A DNA stretch of 64,000 nucleotides, taken from a virus. Taxonomy: Duplodnaviria; Heunggongvirae; Uroviricota; Caudoviricetes. The stretch lies in IMG/VR virus record IMGVR_UViG_2675903278_000002; one strand, 5' to 3'. The translations under genes were made by a program, and so were the position numbers. Of the stretch, positions 47,762 to 57,280 are shown one piece after another; position 1 is the stretch's first letter, and each line of letters starts with the position of its first letter. Below the pieces are notes generated by a model, which did not search any database, was not told where the DNA came from, and saw nothing but the letters and a program-made list of their open reading frames with translations.

Positions 47762-48225
47762 AATACGATGCGCATCAGTTCAAACGTGCGGGGAATCGAC
47801 TCAACAACAGCCAGAAAGCATTTAAGCGATATCTTATCCGGGACATGGAAAAGCTGGCGCGTTTGGTTGAGCGTCTCAGCCGTGCAATGGCCCCGCTGGA
47901 AACCGGATCTCTGGAGACAGCCATCTTTGCCAGGGTGATTAAAGAAGGTTATTCAGGGCTGCGTATTGAGCTTTCTGTGTCTGGAGCAAAACCACGTCAG
48001 GGGCATCCGGGCGTAGAAGTAGGTGACTATGCTAAGTACATGGAGCTGGGTAAATACCGACTCGGTTATCTTTCTCGAATGAAGAACGTGACAAACCCAC
48101 CAATTGCCGGTGTTAAACCCCGTGTTGGGCCACACTTTCTGGAAAGAGCGGTGGAAATTAGCGAGAAGCAGTTCTCAGAAGCGATTCTTGAGGCTGCCAG
48201 AAAAGCCGGATTTACGAGAGGTTAA
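47752..48225 (+). CDS. hypothetical structural protein (possible tail completion)
   Basis: 157 aa; overlaps neighbours. Confidence 0.6.
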   Translation: MGLKYDAHQFKRAGNRLNNSQKAFKRYLIRDMEKLARLVERLSRAMAPLETGSLETAIFARVIKEGYSGLRIELSVSGAKPRQGHPGVEVGDYAKYMELGKYRLGYLSRMKNVTNPPIAGVKPRVGPHFLERAVEISEKQFSEAILEAARKAGFTRG

Positions 48226-48226
48226 T

Positions 48227-48610
48227 GTGTTTATTGAAGCGTTTGCAAGTTTGATGCAGAAGGCAAAGATTGGCACGGTCGGGACTGACATTTTCTGTCA
48301 CTACTTGCCTGCCAATGTGAAATCTGGCGTCCTGCTTATTAACCCAAATACCGGCATCAGCATCGATCATGAGCTACAGGGCTTTTATCACGAATCATTC
48401 ACAATCATTGTGCGTGGTTCGTCAATTACTACGACGGTTGAGAAAGCCCATAAAATCATTGAGATGTTTCCAGTAGAGGAAACGGAATCTGGTGGTGTTT
48501 ATTTTCGACTTGTACGACCGATGGCGATGCCAATCATTTATCCCAAAAATGATGGGGCATTAATAGAAGCAGGCATTCCTGTTGAATTTGCTGGCTATTT
48601 ATTGAATTAA
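48227..48610 (+). CDS. hypothetical structural protein (possible tail terminator)
   Basis: ~127 aa from GTG just after previous stop, in frame with track ORF 48104; ATG at ~48254 also possible. Confidence 0.5.
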   Translation: MFIEAFASLMQKAKIGTVGTDIFCHYLPANVKSGVLLINPNTGISIDHELQGFYHESFTIIVRGSSITTTVEKAHKIIEMFPVEETESGGVYFRLVRPMAMPIIYPKNDGALIEAGIPVEFAGYLLN

Positions 48611-48616
48611 CTCAAT

Positions 48617-48638
48617 TGGTAAGTATATACTTACTATT
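48617..48638. repeat. class-B palindrome
   Basis: TTGGTAAGTATATACTTACTAT before major tail protein gene. Confidence 0.55.
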
Positions 48639-48684
48639 AGCGCAATGAATGCGTAGAATTAACGGAAAAAGGAGTTTTCCATCA

Positions 48685-49431
48685 ATGTCTAATACCCATG
48701 TAAAAAACATCAAACTTGGTGCCTGTAAGGTGTCGTTTGGTGGTGTGGATTTGGGTTACACCAAAGGTGGTGTTCAGGTTGAAGTAGCCACTGAAACGCT
48801 GAAAGTCACCGTCGATCAGTTGGGGCAGACCGTAATTTCCGAATTAGTTCAGGGGCGCAACATTACCATCACCGCGCCTCTGGCTGAGTCTGTACTCCAA
48901 AACATGGTTGACCTGATGCCTGGTTCTACTCTGAGCGAAGATGACAACTCTGTCACGATCACATCTGCACAGGGCGTTAACCTGATTGATGTGGCGAAGG
49001 AGCTGGTTCTGACTCCGCAGGACACCACCGACTATGTGTTGACCATCCCGAAAGCGGCAACCGCGGGCAACTTCACTATGACCTACCAGTCTGATGATGT
49101 TCGTGTGTTCTCTGTTCAGTTCAGCGCATACCCGGATGATGAAGGCGTTCTGGGCAAAATGAGCGGTCCTAAACCGGTAAAAACTGTGTCGATCTCACCG
49201 GAATCTCCAACCGTAAAAGCTGGAGAAACTGTGCAACTGACAGCCGAAATCACTCCAGCTGATGCCGCAGACAAAACCGGTGTTTGGGAATCCGAAGACC
49301 AGGAAAAGGCCACGGTAGATCAAACGGGTCTGGTACGTGGTGTGGCGCAGGGTTCTACAAATATCTCCTTCACCAGCAATAGCGGTGGTAAGAAGGCAAC
49401 TAAGTCAGTAACGATTAACCCCGCAGATTAA
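48685..49431 (+). CDS. major tail protein with C-terminal Ig-like (Big_2) domain
   Basis: ~248 aa from ATG with AAAGGAG RBS, in frame with track ORF 48649; C-terminal ~80 aa repeats the Big_2 pattern; lies before G/GT chaperones and tape measure. Confidence 0.75.
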   Translation: MSNTHVKNIKLGACKVSFGGVDLGYTKGGVQVEVATETLKVTVDQLGQTVISELVQGRNITITAPLAESVLQNMVDLMPGSTLSEDDNSVTITSAQGVNLIDVAKELVLTPQDTTDYVLTIPKAATAGNFTMTYQSDDVRVFSVQFSAYPDDEGVLGKMSGPKPVKTVSISPESPTVKAGETVQLTAEITPADAADKTGVWESEDQEKATVDQTGLVRGVAQGSTNISFTSNSGGKKATKSVTINPAD

Positions 49432-49442
49432 TCAGTAATTAA

Positions 49443-49471
49443 GCAGAGGCTCAGGATGGGCCTCTCTTTTA
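49443..49471 (+). terminator. rho-independent terminator/attenuator
   Basis: AGAGGC-TCAGGATG-GGCCTCT hairpin followed by CTTTT. Confidence 0.65.
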
Positions 49472-49486
49472 AAAGGATTTTAACCA

Positions 49487-49804
49487 ATGACCAAATTACT
49501 CGATCTCGATTCCATTCTGCCTCCGAAGAAAAGCATCAAATTTGGCGGTCAGGAATATCCCATCGTTGAAATGACGGTAGGTCTGTTCGTTTCCATCAAG
49601 CAGATGGAAGGCAAAGATCTCATGAACATGTCTCCTGTTGAGCAAGTGACAGCTTATGCAGATCTGGTTCGTAAGGTTATCCCTTCAGTACCTGACGAAG
49701 TTCTTGAAAAACTGACTGTTCCGCAACTCCAGCAGATCTTCACCTTCGCTATGGAAGTGATTGATGAAGAAAACGAAAAAGCGGCTGGCGAAGGGGCAAA
49801 GTAA
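49487..49804 (+). CDS. tail assembly chaperone (lambda gpG-like)
   Basis: 105 aa acidic protein between major tail protein and tape measure; overlapped at its 3' end by a -1 frame ORF. Confidence 0.65.
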   Translation: MTKLLDLDSILPPKKSIKFGGQEYPIVEMTVGLFVSIKQMEGKDLMNMSPVEQVTAYADLVRKVIPSVPDEVLEKLTVPQLQQIFTFAMEVIDEENEKAAGEGAK

Positions 49805-50154
49805 TTTCCCGCGATGAATCCGGGACAAGGACCGTCTCAATAGATCTCGGATTCTATTTCAGTCGTGTAGTTGCTCACTACGCCGTGTCGCCATTAGAGC
49901 TACTGAACGTTCCTCTCACGATGTTCTGGATGCTCAGTCGCAATATAGACCGTCTGCGTGCGGAAGAGGATGTCCGCAACTTACAAGTCGCTCGTGCGTC
50001 CCAGGCGGATGGCGAGGCTGTGAAGGCGTTCATGGAGGGTTTGCAACTCAGGATTGGAAGACCAGTCGTAACAGATAAAGTCTACGATCCAAGCCAGGAT
50101 AAGGCAGACCCTGACGCCAAAGAGCAACTGATGCAAATATTTGGCAGAGGATGA
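49768..50154 (+). CDS. -1 frame extension of the tail assembly chaperone (gpGT-like frameshift product, C-terminal part)
   Basis: -1 frame open from ~49768 to 50154, overlapping last ~12 codons of the G-like gene; A-run GAAAAAG at ~49775-49781 in the overlap; track reports only 49885..50154. Confidence 0.5.
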   Translation, partial: RKRKSGWRRGKVISRDESGTRTVSIDLGFYFSRVVAHYAVSPLELLNVPLTMFWMLSRNIDRLRAEEDVRNLQVARASQADGEAVKAFMEGLQLRIGRPVVTDKVYDPSQDKADPDAKEQLMQIFGRG

Positions 50155-53100
50155 CAAGGGAATGTCACAAAACGTAGAGTTTATCCTGTCGCTGGAAGAC
50201 AAACAGTTTACAGCGTCAATCGATCGTGCGGGGAAACTGCTTACTCGATTTGGTGAGCAGGTAACAAAGCCTGCTCAAAAAATCCAAACCTTTGAACGCT
50301 CTTTGGGTTCGGTCGCCCGTATCATTGGCGTTCTGGAAAGCAAGCTCGATTCTACGGCAGATAAACTACAGGATGTAGCTGCCGGTTTTGAGCTTGCTTC
50401 AGATGCTACGCGTAAAATGCGTGGCAACATCACCAGCCTCAATTCTGGTCTTAAAGCCCTGATTGAGCGCGTCGATACGACAACTTCTTCAGTAGATAAA
50501 CTCACCGCGTCATTACGTAAAGTGCAATCAGAGCTAAATGATTTCTCTGATTGGGCGACCTATGCAAGCAAAAGCGCAAGCCGCTTTGGTACGGAGGTCA
50601 AAGAAGCCTCTGCGTCCGTGAGTGGCATGAATACGCGCCTTAATACCACGACGAAGCGACTCAGTAATTGGGGTGTCACAACGAGTCAGGCTGCCGAGGG
50701 ACTGAAAAAGGTTCGTGAGCAGATGGACGAAGTTATCGGACGTCAGCAACTGATTAGCAAGCCGGTACGCGTTCGTACATCTGGAAGTGGCGATGGTGGT
50801 AGCGGGCGGCGTAGCGGCGCTTCTGGCCATAGCGGTAAAAGTAACGAAGGAGGTATGTTCTCTGGCCTTCGTGGCAACATTTTCCTGCTTGGCGAGATCG
50901 GAGATGCAGCCAGAACGGTTACTGACATCATGTTTGGGTGGCAGAAGCCTATTGTTGAAGCTGCGGCCGAAATGGAACGTATGCGGGTGATGCTTCGAGG
51001 GTTGAATAAGGAGAAGTCCAACCCGGGCCAGGCTGCCGCTGATGATATGAAGTACATCGTAGACATGGCGCAAAATGCGCCGTTCGCGATGCAGGCGTTA
51101 ACAGATTCCTTCGTGAAGTTTCGTTCTGCTGGCTTAGATCCAACCGATGGTTCTCTGAAGGCGCTGGTGGACTCCGTTGCTCGTTTTGGTGGTGATAGTG
51201 AGCTGTTGAAACGTGCGGCTGTGGCCGTTCAGCAGATGTCCGGTAAGGGCGTTGTGTCAATGGAAGAGCTACGTCAGCAATTAGGTGAAGCCGTTCCTAA
51301 CGCGATGCAGGCAATGGCAGACGCCGCAGGCATCACTATGGGGGAACTGACTAAAGCCGTTGCCAGCGGTACGGTTGAGGCAAAACAGGCGTTGTCTCTG
51401 ATGTTTGTTGGTCTGCGTGCGGAGAATGAGAACGCAGCGAAAGACATGATGCAAACCTACACAGGTGCGCTGGCGCAACTTCAGACGTCATTCACGTTAT
51501 TTGCTGATCGGGTTGGTCAGGCCGGATATCTGGATTCTCTATCGAAGGGGATGAAAGAACTGGCTTCAATCATGAATAGCGCCGAAGGGATTTCGTTTGC
51601 CAATTCTTTAGGCTCGGGGTTAACGACGGCAATCGATGGGTTGCGTCAGCTTGCTCAATGGTTAGCAAAGAACCAAGAGCTGGTAATTAATCTCGGTAAG
51701 GTCGTGGCCGCGATGGTTGCGTTCAAACTGATGCGAGCAGGGATCATGGGGGTAGTTGGCGCAGGCAGCCAGATGGTTAGCACCTTTGCCACGATGGCGA
51801 CCGCCATACAGACCCCATTTAACCTCGGCGCTACAGCAGTAACCCGATTCAATCGTGCGGCACGTATGGGGCTGGCTCCGATCCCCTCTCTTATTTTCGC
51901 CATCCGTGGGGCGATTACGGGGCTTAAAGGCGCTTTTGCTGGATTAACGGCGTTCATTGCGGCAAACCCTATAGGGGCAGCATTTACAGTCGCCACTGTA
52001 GCTGTTGCTGGCCTAATCACGTACATGACCATGCTCCGCAGCGAAACTTCAAAGGTCGTTGACGAGATTAGGAAAATACCAGAGGCGATGACGGCGGCCA
52101 AACGTGCACAAATGGCCGACCGCGCAGAAAAGCTCGAAAAGCAGATTCTTGCTGATCAACGAGCATTAAAAACTGGTGAGGGTGTTAATTACGTATCTAA
52201 CTCTGCCGGTGTTATTACTCACAAAGAGTCGAAGGCTGACATCGAAGCACGCCTGAAAAAAAATCAGGAAGAGTATCAAAAGATAACCGGCACGATAGCT
52301 CTTGGTGACGGCGCTGTAGCAAAGCGTTTGGCTAAAGAGGCTGCCGAATCTCAGATTGAGAAAATTCGAGCGGAAAACCAGATTTTCGCGGCAACATTCG
52401 TGAAAGCCCGGCAAGAGGCTCTGGATAAGATCCAGAAAATCAATGATGACGGTTCACTTTCAGATGACGAAAAGAACAAGCTATTGGCACCGTTACGTGA
52501 AACGGTAAACAAAAGCTATCTGGAGCCTGCGCAAAAACTGGTTGATTCACTTTCTTCTCGTAAGAATGCGACCGAGAAGCAAATTGCGACTCTTAATGAT
52601 CAGCTTGAAAAAGCCAAAAAGGATGGAAATACCGAGCAGATCCAGAAACTGCAAGGCAGTATTCGTGGTTATCAGGAGCATTTGGAAGCCGTTGCTCAGG
52701 AGCTGACTCAGGCAGAGTTCGAGAGAGATAACGCGGCCAAAACTGGTAAGGGCGTAATGTCAAACCAGGGGACTGTTCTTGGGTTAGGTACAACTGATAA
52801 AGCTGCTCAGAAGGCGTTGGCGCAATATATGCGAAACCAGATGGATTCTGCGACTTATCAGCGTACTTTGCCTGACGGCACTCCGATGATGGACTTCGAA
52901 GGTAAGCCGATTATTGGGCCTAAACAACTCAAGACGCAGCTTAATTTGCAGAAAGCATCCAGTGCCAGCTCTCTGGAGAAAATGAGCGATGAAGAGCGTG
53001 CCGCAGCCATTGCCGCACTTACTAAAGCTCGTGAACAGGATGCAGCAGCTGCCGAGAAAGCAGCCCAACGATCAGCTAACGCCTCGCAGCGTGCGGCCAA

Positions 53101-54733
53101 GAAGGAACAGGCAGCGCAACAGAAACTGGCAGCCGGATACCAGAAGGCTCTGGACAAAGCTGATCAGCTTATGGGGCAAATGGGTGAAAGCTCTAAGGCT
53201 ACGGTATCGTTTGATCAGTCTCTTCGCGATACAACGAAATCGCTGACAGATTTGGCTAATGCGGTACCTAACGAGTTCATCACTCAAGAGATGATCGACA
53301 AGGCGAAAAAACGTCTTGAAGACCTCAAAAATGCGACACCTGAATATCGCGAGATGTTTAATCGCCGCAATGTTGAGCAGATGATCTCCACTTGGGCACC
53401 GGAGGCGGATTCCATTATTAGTGCTGGCTATACGCCGTCTCGCGAAGAGAAAGTTGCTGATTTCGAAGACACCTACAACCGCAATCTCAAAGCGTTGATA
53501 GAACTTCGTGATAAGGCGTCTGATCCTAAAGTTGTGGCGCTTTATACAAAGAAAATCAATCAACTGATTGCTGCTGGCAATACCGCGCTTATTAAAGAGA
53601 CGGGGACTGCGACGCAGAAGTTGGCACTGGAATACGAAAATCTGGCAGAGCAGATCGAAAGCACCTGGACTGATTTGTTTAGTGGCTTAACTGATGTCCT
53701 GACTGATTTCGTTATTAACGGGAAGATGAGCTTCTCCAGCCTATCTCAGTCCATTTTGAAAGATATCACCAATATGGTCGTGAAGTCGCAGATCACGCTG
53801 CCTCTAATGAACATGTTGGGGATGGGAACCACCGCAGCTGGTAGTTCACAGAGTGGTAATTTGCTCACCGGGGTTGCTTCCGCAGTTGCCAATCAAGGTG
53901 TGCGCATAAGCAACACTGTTAATGGCGACAAGTCGGTAGGAGAAGCCACGAAGGAGACGTCCAGTTCGGTAACTGGATTGGGGCAAACGACACAGCAGAC
54001 CACCAGCGCAATTGGCACAGCAACAAATGCGATTGGTAGCTGGGTATCAGGGCTATTTAATAGCACCGAAGCCAAAGATGCTGAGACAAAAGCAGTGAAG
54101 GACTCCATCTTCTCGATGCAGAACCTCAGCTCTGTTACCGGCGCTCTGTCTGCCGCGTTTGCAATGCTTGGAGCTAATGCTTCCGGCTCTGGTAATAAGT
54201 GGTTGAATTTCGGCGCGACAGTTGCATCTGGTTTGGTTTCAGTATGGGCTGGTGGTGGATTCGATGGATTGATGTCCGGTTCTTCTGGCTCAACTTCCGG
54301 GTTCAACAATCTGACCAGTTCTGCTGCCGATGGCACGAATGGTATTCCTGCAATTCCGAAGTTTGCAAATGGTGGCATATTCGGAAAAGACGGCGTGATC
54401 CCGCTCCGGGCATACCAGAAAGGCGGTATCGCCAACTCACCTCAATTGGCGTTGTTTGGGGAAGGCGATATGAATGAGGCGTATGTTCCATTGCCTGATG
54501 GTCGAACAATCCCTGTAACGCTCAGTACCGATGGTATGAGTGGAGGAGGAAATGTTCTTTCTCCGGTATCAATTGAGATCAACGTCCATAGTGACGGTAG
54601 CACAACTGAATCCGGCGATACAGAAAGCATATGGAACAATGCCGCTCAACGGATGAAAGCAATCGCGCTTGAGACTATCGCTCAAGAGAAACGCCCTGGC
54701 GGATCACTCAACCCAAACACTCAACGTAACTAA
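50141..54733 (+). CDS. tail tape measure protein
   Basis: 1530 aa; long helical N-terminal two-thirds, Gly/Ser-rich C-terminal part; canonical position after G/GT and before tail-tip genes. Confidence 0.9.
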   Translation: MAEDDKGMSQNVEFILSLEDKQFTASIDRAGKLLTRFGEQVTKPAQKIQTFERSLGSVARIIGVLESKLDSTADKLQDVAAGFELASDATRKMRGNITSLNSGLKALIERVDTTTSSVDKLTASLRKVQSELNDFSDWATYASKSASRFGTEVKEASASVSGMNTRLNTTTKRLSNWGVTTSQAAEGLKKVREQMDEVIGRQQLISKPVRVRTSGSGDGGSGRRSGASGHSGKSNEGGMFSGLRGNIFLLGEIGDAARTVTDIMFGWQKPIVEAAAEMERMRVMLRGLNKEKSNPGQAAADDMKYIVDMAQNAPFAMQALTDSFVKFRSAGLDPTDGSLKALVDSVARFGGDSELLKRAAVAVQQMSGKGVVSMEELRQQLGEAVPNAMQAMADAAGITMGELTKAVASGTVEAKQALSLMFVGLRAENENAAKDMMQTYTGALAQLQTSFTLFADRVGQAGYLDSLSKGMKELASIMNSAEGISFANSLGSGLTTAIDGLRQLAQWLAKNQELVINLGKVVAAMVAFKLMRAGIMGVVGAGSQMVSTFATMATAIQTPFNLGATAVTRFNRAARMGLAPIPSLIFAIRGAITGLKGAFAGLTAFIAANPIGAAFTVATVAVAGLITYMTMLRSETSKVVDEIRKIPEAMTAAKRAQMADRAEKLEKQILADQRALKTGEGVNYVSNSAGVITHKESKADIEARLKKNQEEYQKITGTIALGDGAVAKRLAKEAAESQIEKIRAENQIFAATFVKARQEALDKIQKINDDGSLSDDEKNKLLAPLRETVNKSYLEPAQKLVDSLSSRKNATEKQIATLNDQLEKAKKDGNTEQIQKLQGSIRGYQEHLEAVAQELTQAEFERDNAAKTGKGVMSNQGTVLGLGTTDKAAQKALAQYMRNQMDSATYQRTLPDGTPMMDFEGKPIIGPKQLKTQLNLQKASSASSLEKMSDEERAAAIAALTKAREQDAAAAEKAAQRSANASQRAAKKEQAAQQKLAAGYQKALDKADQLMGQMGESSKATVSFDQSLRDTTKSLTDLANAVPNEFITQEMIDKAKKRLEDLKNATPEYREMFNRRNVEQMISTWAPEADSIISAGYTPSREEKVADFEDTYNRNLKALIELRDKASDPKVVALYTKKINQLIAAGNTALIKETGTATQKLALEYENLAEQIESTWTDLFSGLTDVLTDFVINGKMSFSSLSQSILKDITNMVVKSQITLPLMNMLGMGTTAAGSSQSGNLLTGVASAVANQGVRISNTVNGDKSVGEATKETSSSVTGLGQTTQQTTSAIGTATNAIGSWVSGLFNSTEAKDAETKAVKDSIFSMQNLSSVTGALSAAFAMLGANASGSGNKWLNFGATVASGLVSVWAGGGFDGLMSGSSGSTSGFNNLTSSAADGTNGIPAIPKFANGGIFGKDGVIPLRAYQKGGIANSPQLALFGEGDMNEAYVPLPDGRTIPVTLSTDGMSGGGNVLSPVSIEINVHSDGSTTESGDTESIWNNAAQRMKAIALETIAQEKRPGGSLNPNTQRN

Positions 54734-54775
54734 CTATCGACTGCCCCGACCGGGGCAGTCTCACAAGGATGTGAG

Positions 54776-55111
54776 ATGGAAAGACAAACGTTTAATTGGT
54801 ATCCAGATTACGAATCTGAAAAGAGCGTAAAACCGAATGTAACGGTACTTAATTTTGGTGATGACTACGAGCAGCGACAGGCTCAAGGTCTTAATCGTAT
54901 TAAAGAAGAATGGTCGTTAACCTTTACCAGATCATACAACGAAATTAATGCAATCGATGACTTCCTGACTGAGCGAGCAGGCGTTGAGTCGTTCTATTGG
55001 GTTAATCCAAGAGGAAAACGGATTGTAGTTGTATGTGACAGTCATACGGTCAAGCGATATCAGGGGTACTGTGTCTTAACTGCTACATTCAGACAAGTAT
55101 TTGAGGCTTAA
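54776..55111 (+). CDS. minor tail protein (lambda gpM-like)
   Basis: 111 aa; size, position and pattern (FGDDYEQRQ..., ESFYWVNPRG, VVCDSHTVKR) resemble lambda M. Confidence 0.8.
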   Translation: MERQTFNWYPDYESEKSVKPNVTVLNFGDDYEQRQAQGLNRIKEEWSLTFTRSYNEINAIDDFLTERAGVESFYWVNPRGKRIVVVCDSHTVKRYQGYCVLTATFRQVFEA

Positions 55112-55117
55112 GTATCT

Positions 55118-55140
55118 GGATAAGTAAGTACTAATTTACT
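55118..55140. repeat. class-B palindrome
   Basis: GGATAAGTAAGTACTAATTTACT after gpM-like gene. Confidence 0.5.
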
Positions 55141-55193
55141 ATCATTGTGGCGCTGACAGGATGTTAGCGCCTACTTATTTCAAGGATGAAACA

Positions 55194-55892
55194 ATGGGAA
55201 TTAAAGCTGATATTCAGAGCTTATCTCCCTCTGCACTCATTGAGTTGTTCGTACTGGATATGTCGAACACAACTTCAGGGGGGAAGTTATTCTTCCACGC
55301 CGGAACAAACGAACTGATGCAACCTGTCGTCTGGCAAGGAGTGACATACGAGCCGTGGCCAATCAAAGCATCAGGCTTTGACAAAACTGGCCAGGGAACG
55401 TTGCCACGTCCAAAAATTCAGGTATCGAACTTTGCCGGAACCGTCTCTGCGGAAGTTCAGGCGAACGACGATCTTGTTGGCTGCCGCATTATTCGCAAGA
55501 TGACGCTGGCTCGCTTCCTCGATGCCGTTAATTTTAAAGACGGCAACCCAACAGCAGATCCAAACCAACATTTCCCGGATGAAATGTGGTTTATCGAACA
55601 GAAAACTCTCGAAACTCATCAGGTTGTCGAGTTTGAATTGTCCAGTGTGTTCGATTTGATGGGGGTGCAACTGCCGTATCGTCAGATCATTAAAAACACC
55701 TGCCCGTGGAAATACCGAGGGCCAGAATGCGGCTATACCGGTCCATATTTCGACAAAAATAACCAGCAGACGTCTATGTCTGGTGCTGATTACTGCACAA
55801 AACGTTATGACGCCTGTAATGCGCGTCGGAATTATTTTGCCAACGGAGTGATCCATTTTGGCGGGTTTATTGGAGCTACGCGATATGGGTAA
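55194..55892 (+). CDS. minor tail protein (lambda gpL-like)
   Basis: ~232 aa from ATG with AAGGATGAAAC RBS; WQGVTYEPWPIKASGF, ARFLDAVNF, NTCPWKYRGPECGYTGP match lambda L including the Cys cluster. Confidence 0.85.
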   Translation: MGIKADIQSLSPSALIELFVLDMSNTTSGGKLFFHAGTNELMQPVVWQGVTYEPWPIKASGFDKTGQGTLPRPKIQVSNFAGTVSAEVQANDDLVGCRIIRKMTLARFLDAVNFKDGNPTADPNQHFPDEMWFIEQKTLETHQVVEFELSSVFDLMGVQLPYRQIIKNTCPWKYRGPECGYTGPYFDKNNQQTSMSGADYCTKRYDACNARRNYFANGVIHFGGFIGATRYG

Positions 55893-56682
55893 TAAAGCAA
55901 TCCCTGAGCTTGGCTCTGATGTTATGCAGCAAATCTATCTCTGCGCCATAAATCGCTACCCTAATGAAGCGTGTGGCTTTCTGGTGAGAACTAATGGCGA
56001 CAAATATCGCTTTATGGAAGCGCGAAATGTTTCGGAGAACCCGCAGAACACTTTTGTAATGCACGTTGACGACATTATGGCGGCAGAGGATGCAGGTGAC
56101 GTAATCGCAATCTGGCATTCACATACTGATGAATCAGCAGAAGCATCTGATGCCGATCGTGCAGGCTGTGAAGCGACGGAAGTTCCGTGGATGATTCTGG
56201 CTATTCGCAAGAATGTTGAGGGAGATGCCCCTTTCCATTTTAGCGAGATGAATGTGATCACACCTGATGGTTTCGAAATGCCATACCTGGGTAGACCGTA
56301 TGTATTTGGCGTATTCGATTGCTGGATGTTGTGTCGGGACTATTTGAAGCGTGAGTTTAACGTCGAGCTTAACCCGAACGCACACCTGCATATTCCATCG
56401 TGGTACACCGGCGATAACGACATTCTCGACCAGAACTACCGAAACGAGGGATTGGTACGGCTTGCGCCTGGAACAGAGCCTCAACGTGGGGACGTCTTCT
56501 TTATTCAATACGGGAAAATGCCAGATCACTGCGCGGTTTATATCGGCGATGGAATGATTCTTCATCACCAGATCGACCGTCTTAGTTGTCGTGCTTATTA
56601 CGGCGGAATGTATCAGAAACATACGACGCATCACTTGCGTCACAGAGACTTGCTCAAGGGAGATGAGACGTGTCTGAGTTAG
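55885..56682 (+). CDS. tail assembly protein (lambda gpK-like, JAMM/MPN plus NlpC/P60)
   Basis: ~265 aa from ATG overlapping L stop; IWHSHTDESAEASDAD (metalloprotease-like) and GVFDCWMLCRDYL ... H (NlpC/P60-like). Confidence 0.8.
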   Translation: MGNKAIPELGSDVMQQIYLCAINRYPNEACGFLVRTNGDKYRFMEARNVSENPQNTFVMHVDDIMAAEDAGDVIAIWHSHTDESAEASDADRAGCEATEVPWMILAIRKNVEGDAPFHFSEMNVITPDGFEMPYLGRPYVFGVFDCWMLCRDYLKREFNVELNPNAHLHIPSWYTGDNDILDQNYRNEGLVRLAPGTEPQRGDVFFIQYGKMPDHCAVYIGDGMILHHQIDRLSCRAYYGGMYQKHTTHHLRHRDLLKGDETCLS

Positions 56683-57263
56683 TTCATGTGCAGCTTGGCG
56701 GCCCTATGGCCAAACATTTTGGCCGCCACTGGCATCTAAAGGTGCGCAATACAAAACAGGCTCTGGATTTAATTGAGGCCAACAAGCCTGGGTTTAAAGC
56801 ATGGATGAAGCGCAATATCAAAACCTATGACCGTTACCACATCCAGATCACCAATAAACAGGGCCACAAGTGGTCTGTTGACGAAAGTGAATATCAGATG
56901 ATGGGGCAGTCTGACAACATTGCCAAAATCCGCATTACACCTGTTCCGCGAGGAAGCGGTGGATCTGCTTTTGGGTGGTTTCAGACGGTAGTAGGGGCCG
57001 CTTTGTTGGTTGTATCGGCGGTAGTGATGCCTGCTTTAGCACCTCTCGGTTTGTCACTGATGATGGGCGGCATATCACAAATCATATCGCCGCAAGCCAC
57101 TAACGAAAGTGTGAGACAGGCAGATAACTCGAACTCTTATTATTTCGACGGCCCTCAAAATACAGAAAACCAGGGCAACCCAGTACAACTTATCTATGGC
57201 GAGGAAATTCTGGTTGGCTCACAGGTTGTGAGTTCTTCAATCACGATTGACCAGCTAATGTAA
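56670..57263 (+). CDS. tail assembly protein (lambda gpI-like)
   Basis: 197 aa; hydrophobic central segment; between K-like and J-like genes. Confidence 0.75.
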   Translation: MSELVHVQLGGPMAKHFGRHWHLKVRNTKQALDLIEANKPGFKAWMKRNIKTYDRYHIQITNKQGHKWSVDESEYQMMGQSDNIAKIRITPVPRGSGGSAFGWFQTVVGAALLVVSAVVMPALAPLGLSLMMGGISQIISPQATNESVRQADNSNSYYFDGPQNTENQGNPVQLIYGEEILVGSQVVSSSITIDQLM

Positions 57264-57280
57264 ACAAGGATTTTTTGAAC

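Noticed and set aside
50275-54435. Multiple minus-strand and alternative-frame ORFs within the tape measure gene
   Set aside because: Embedded in a long, well-supported + strand gene; no independent start signals.
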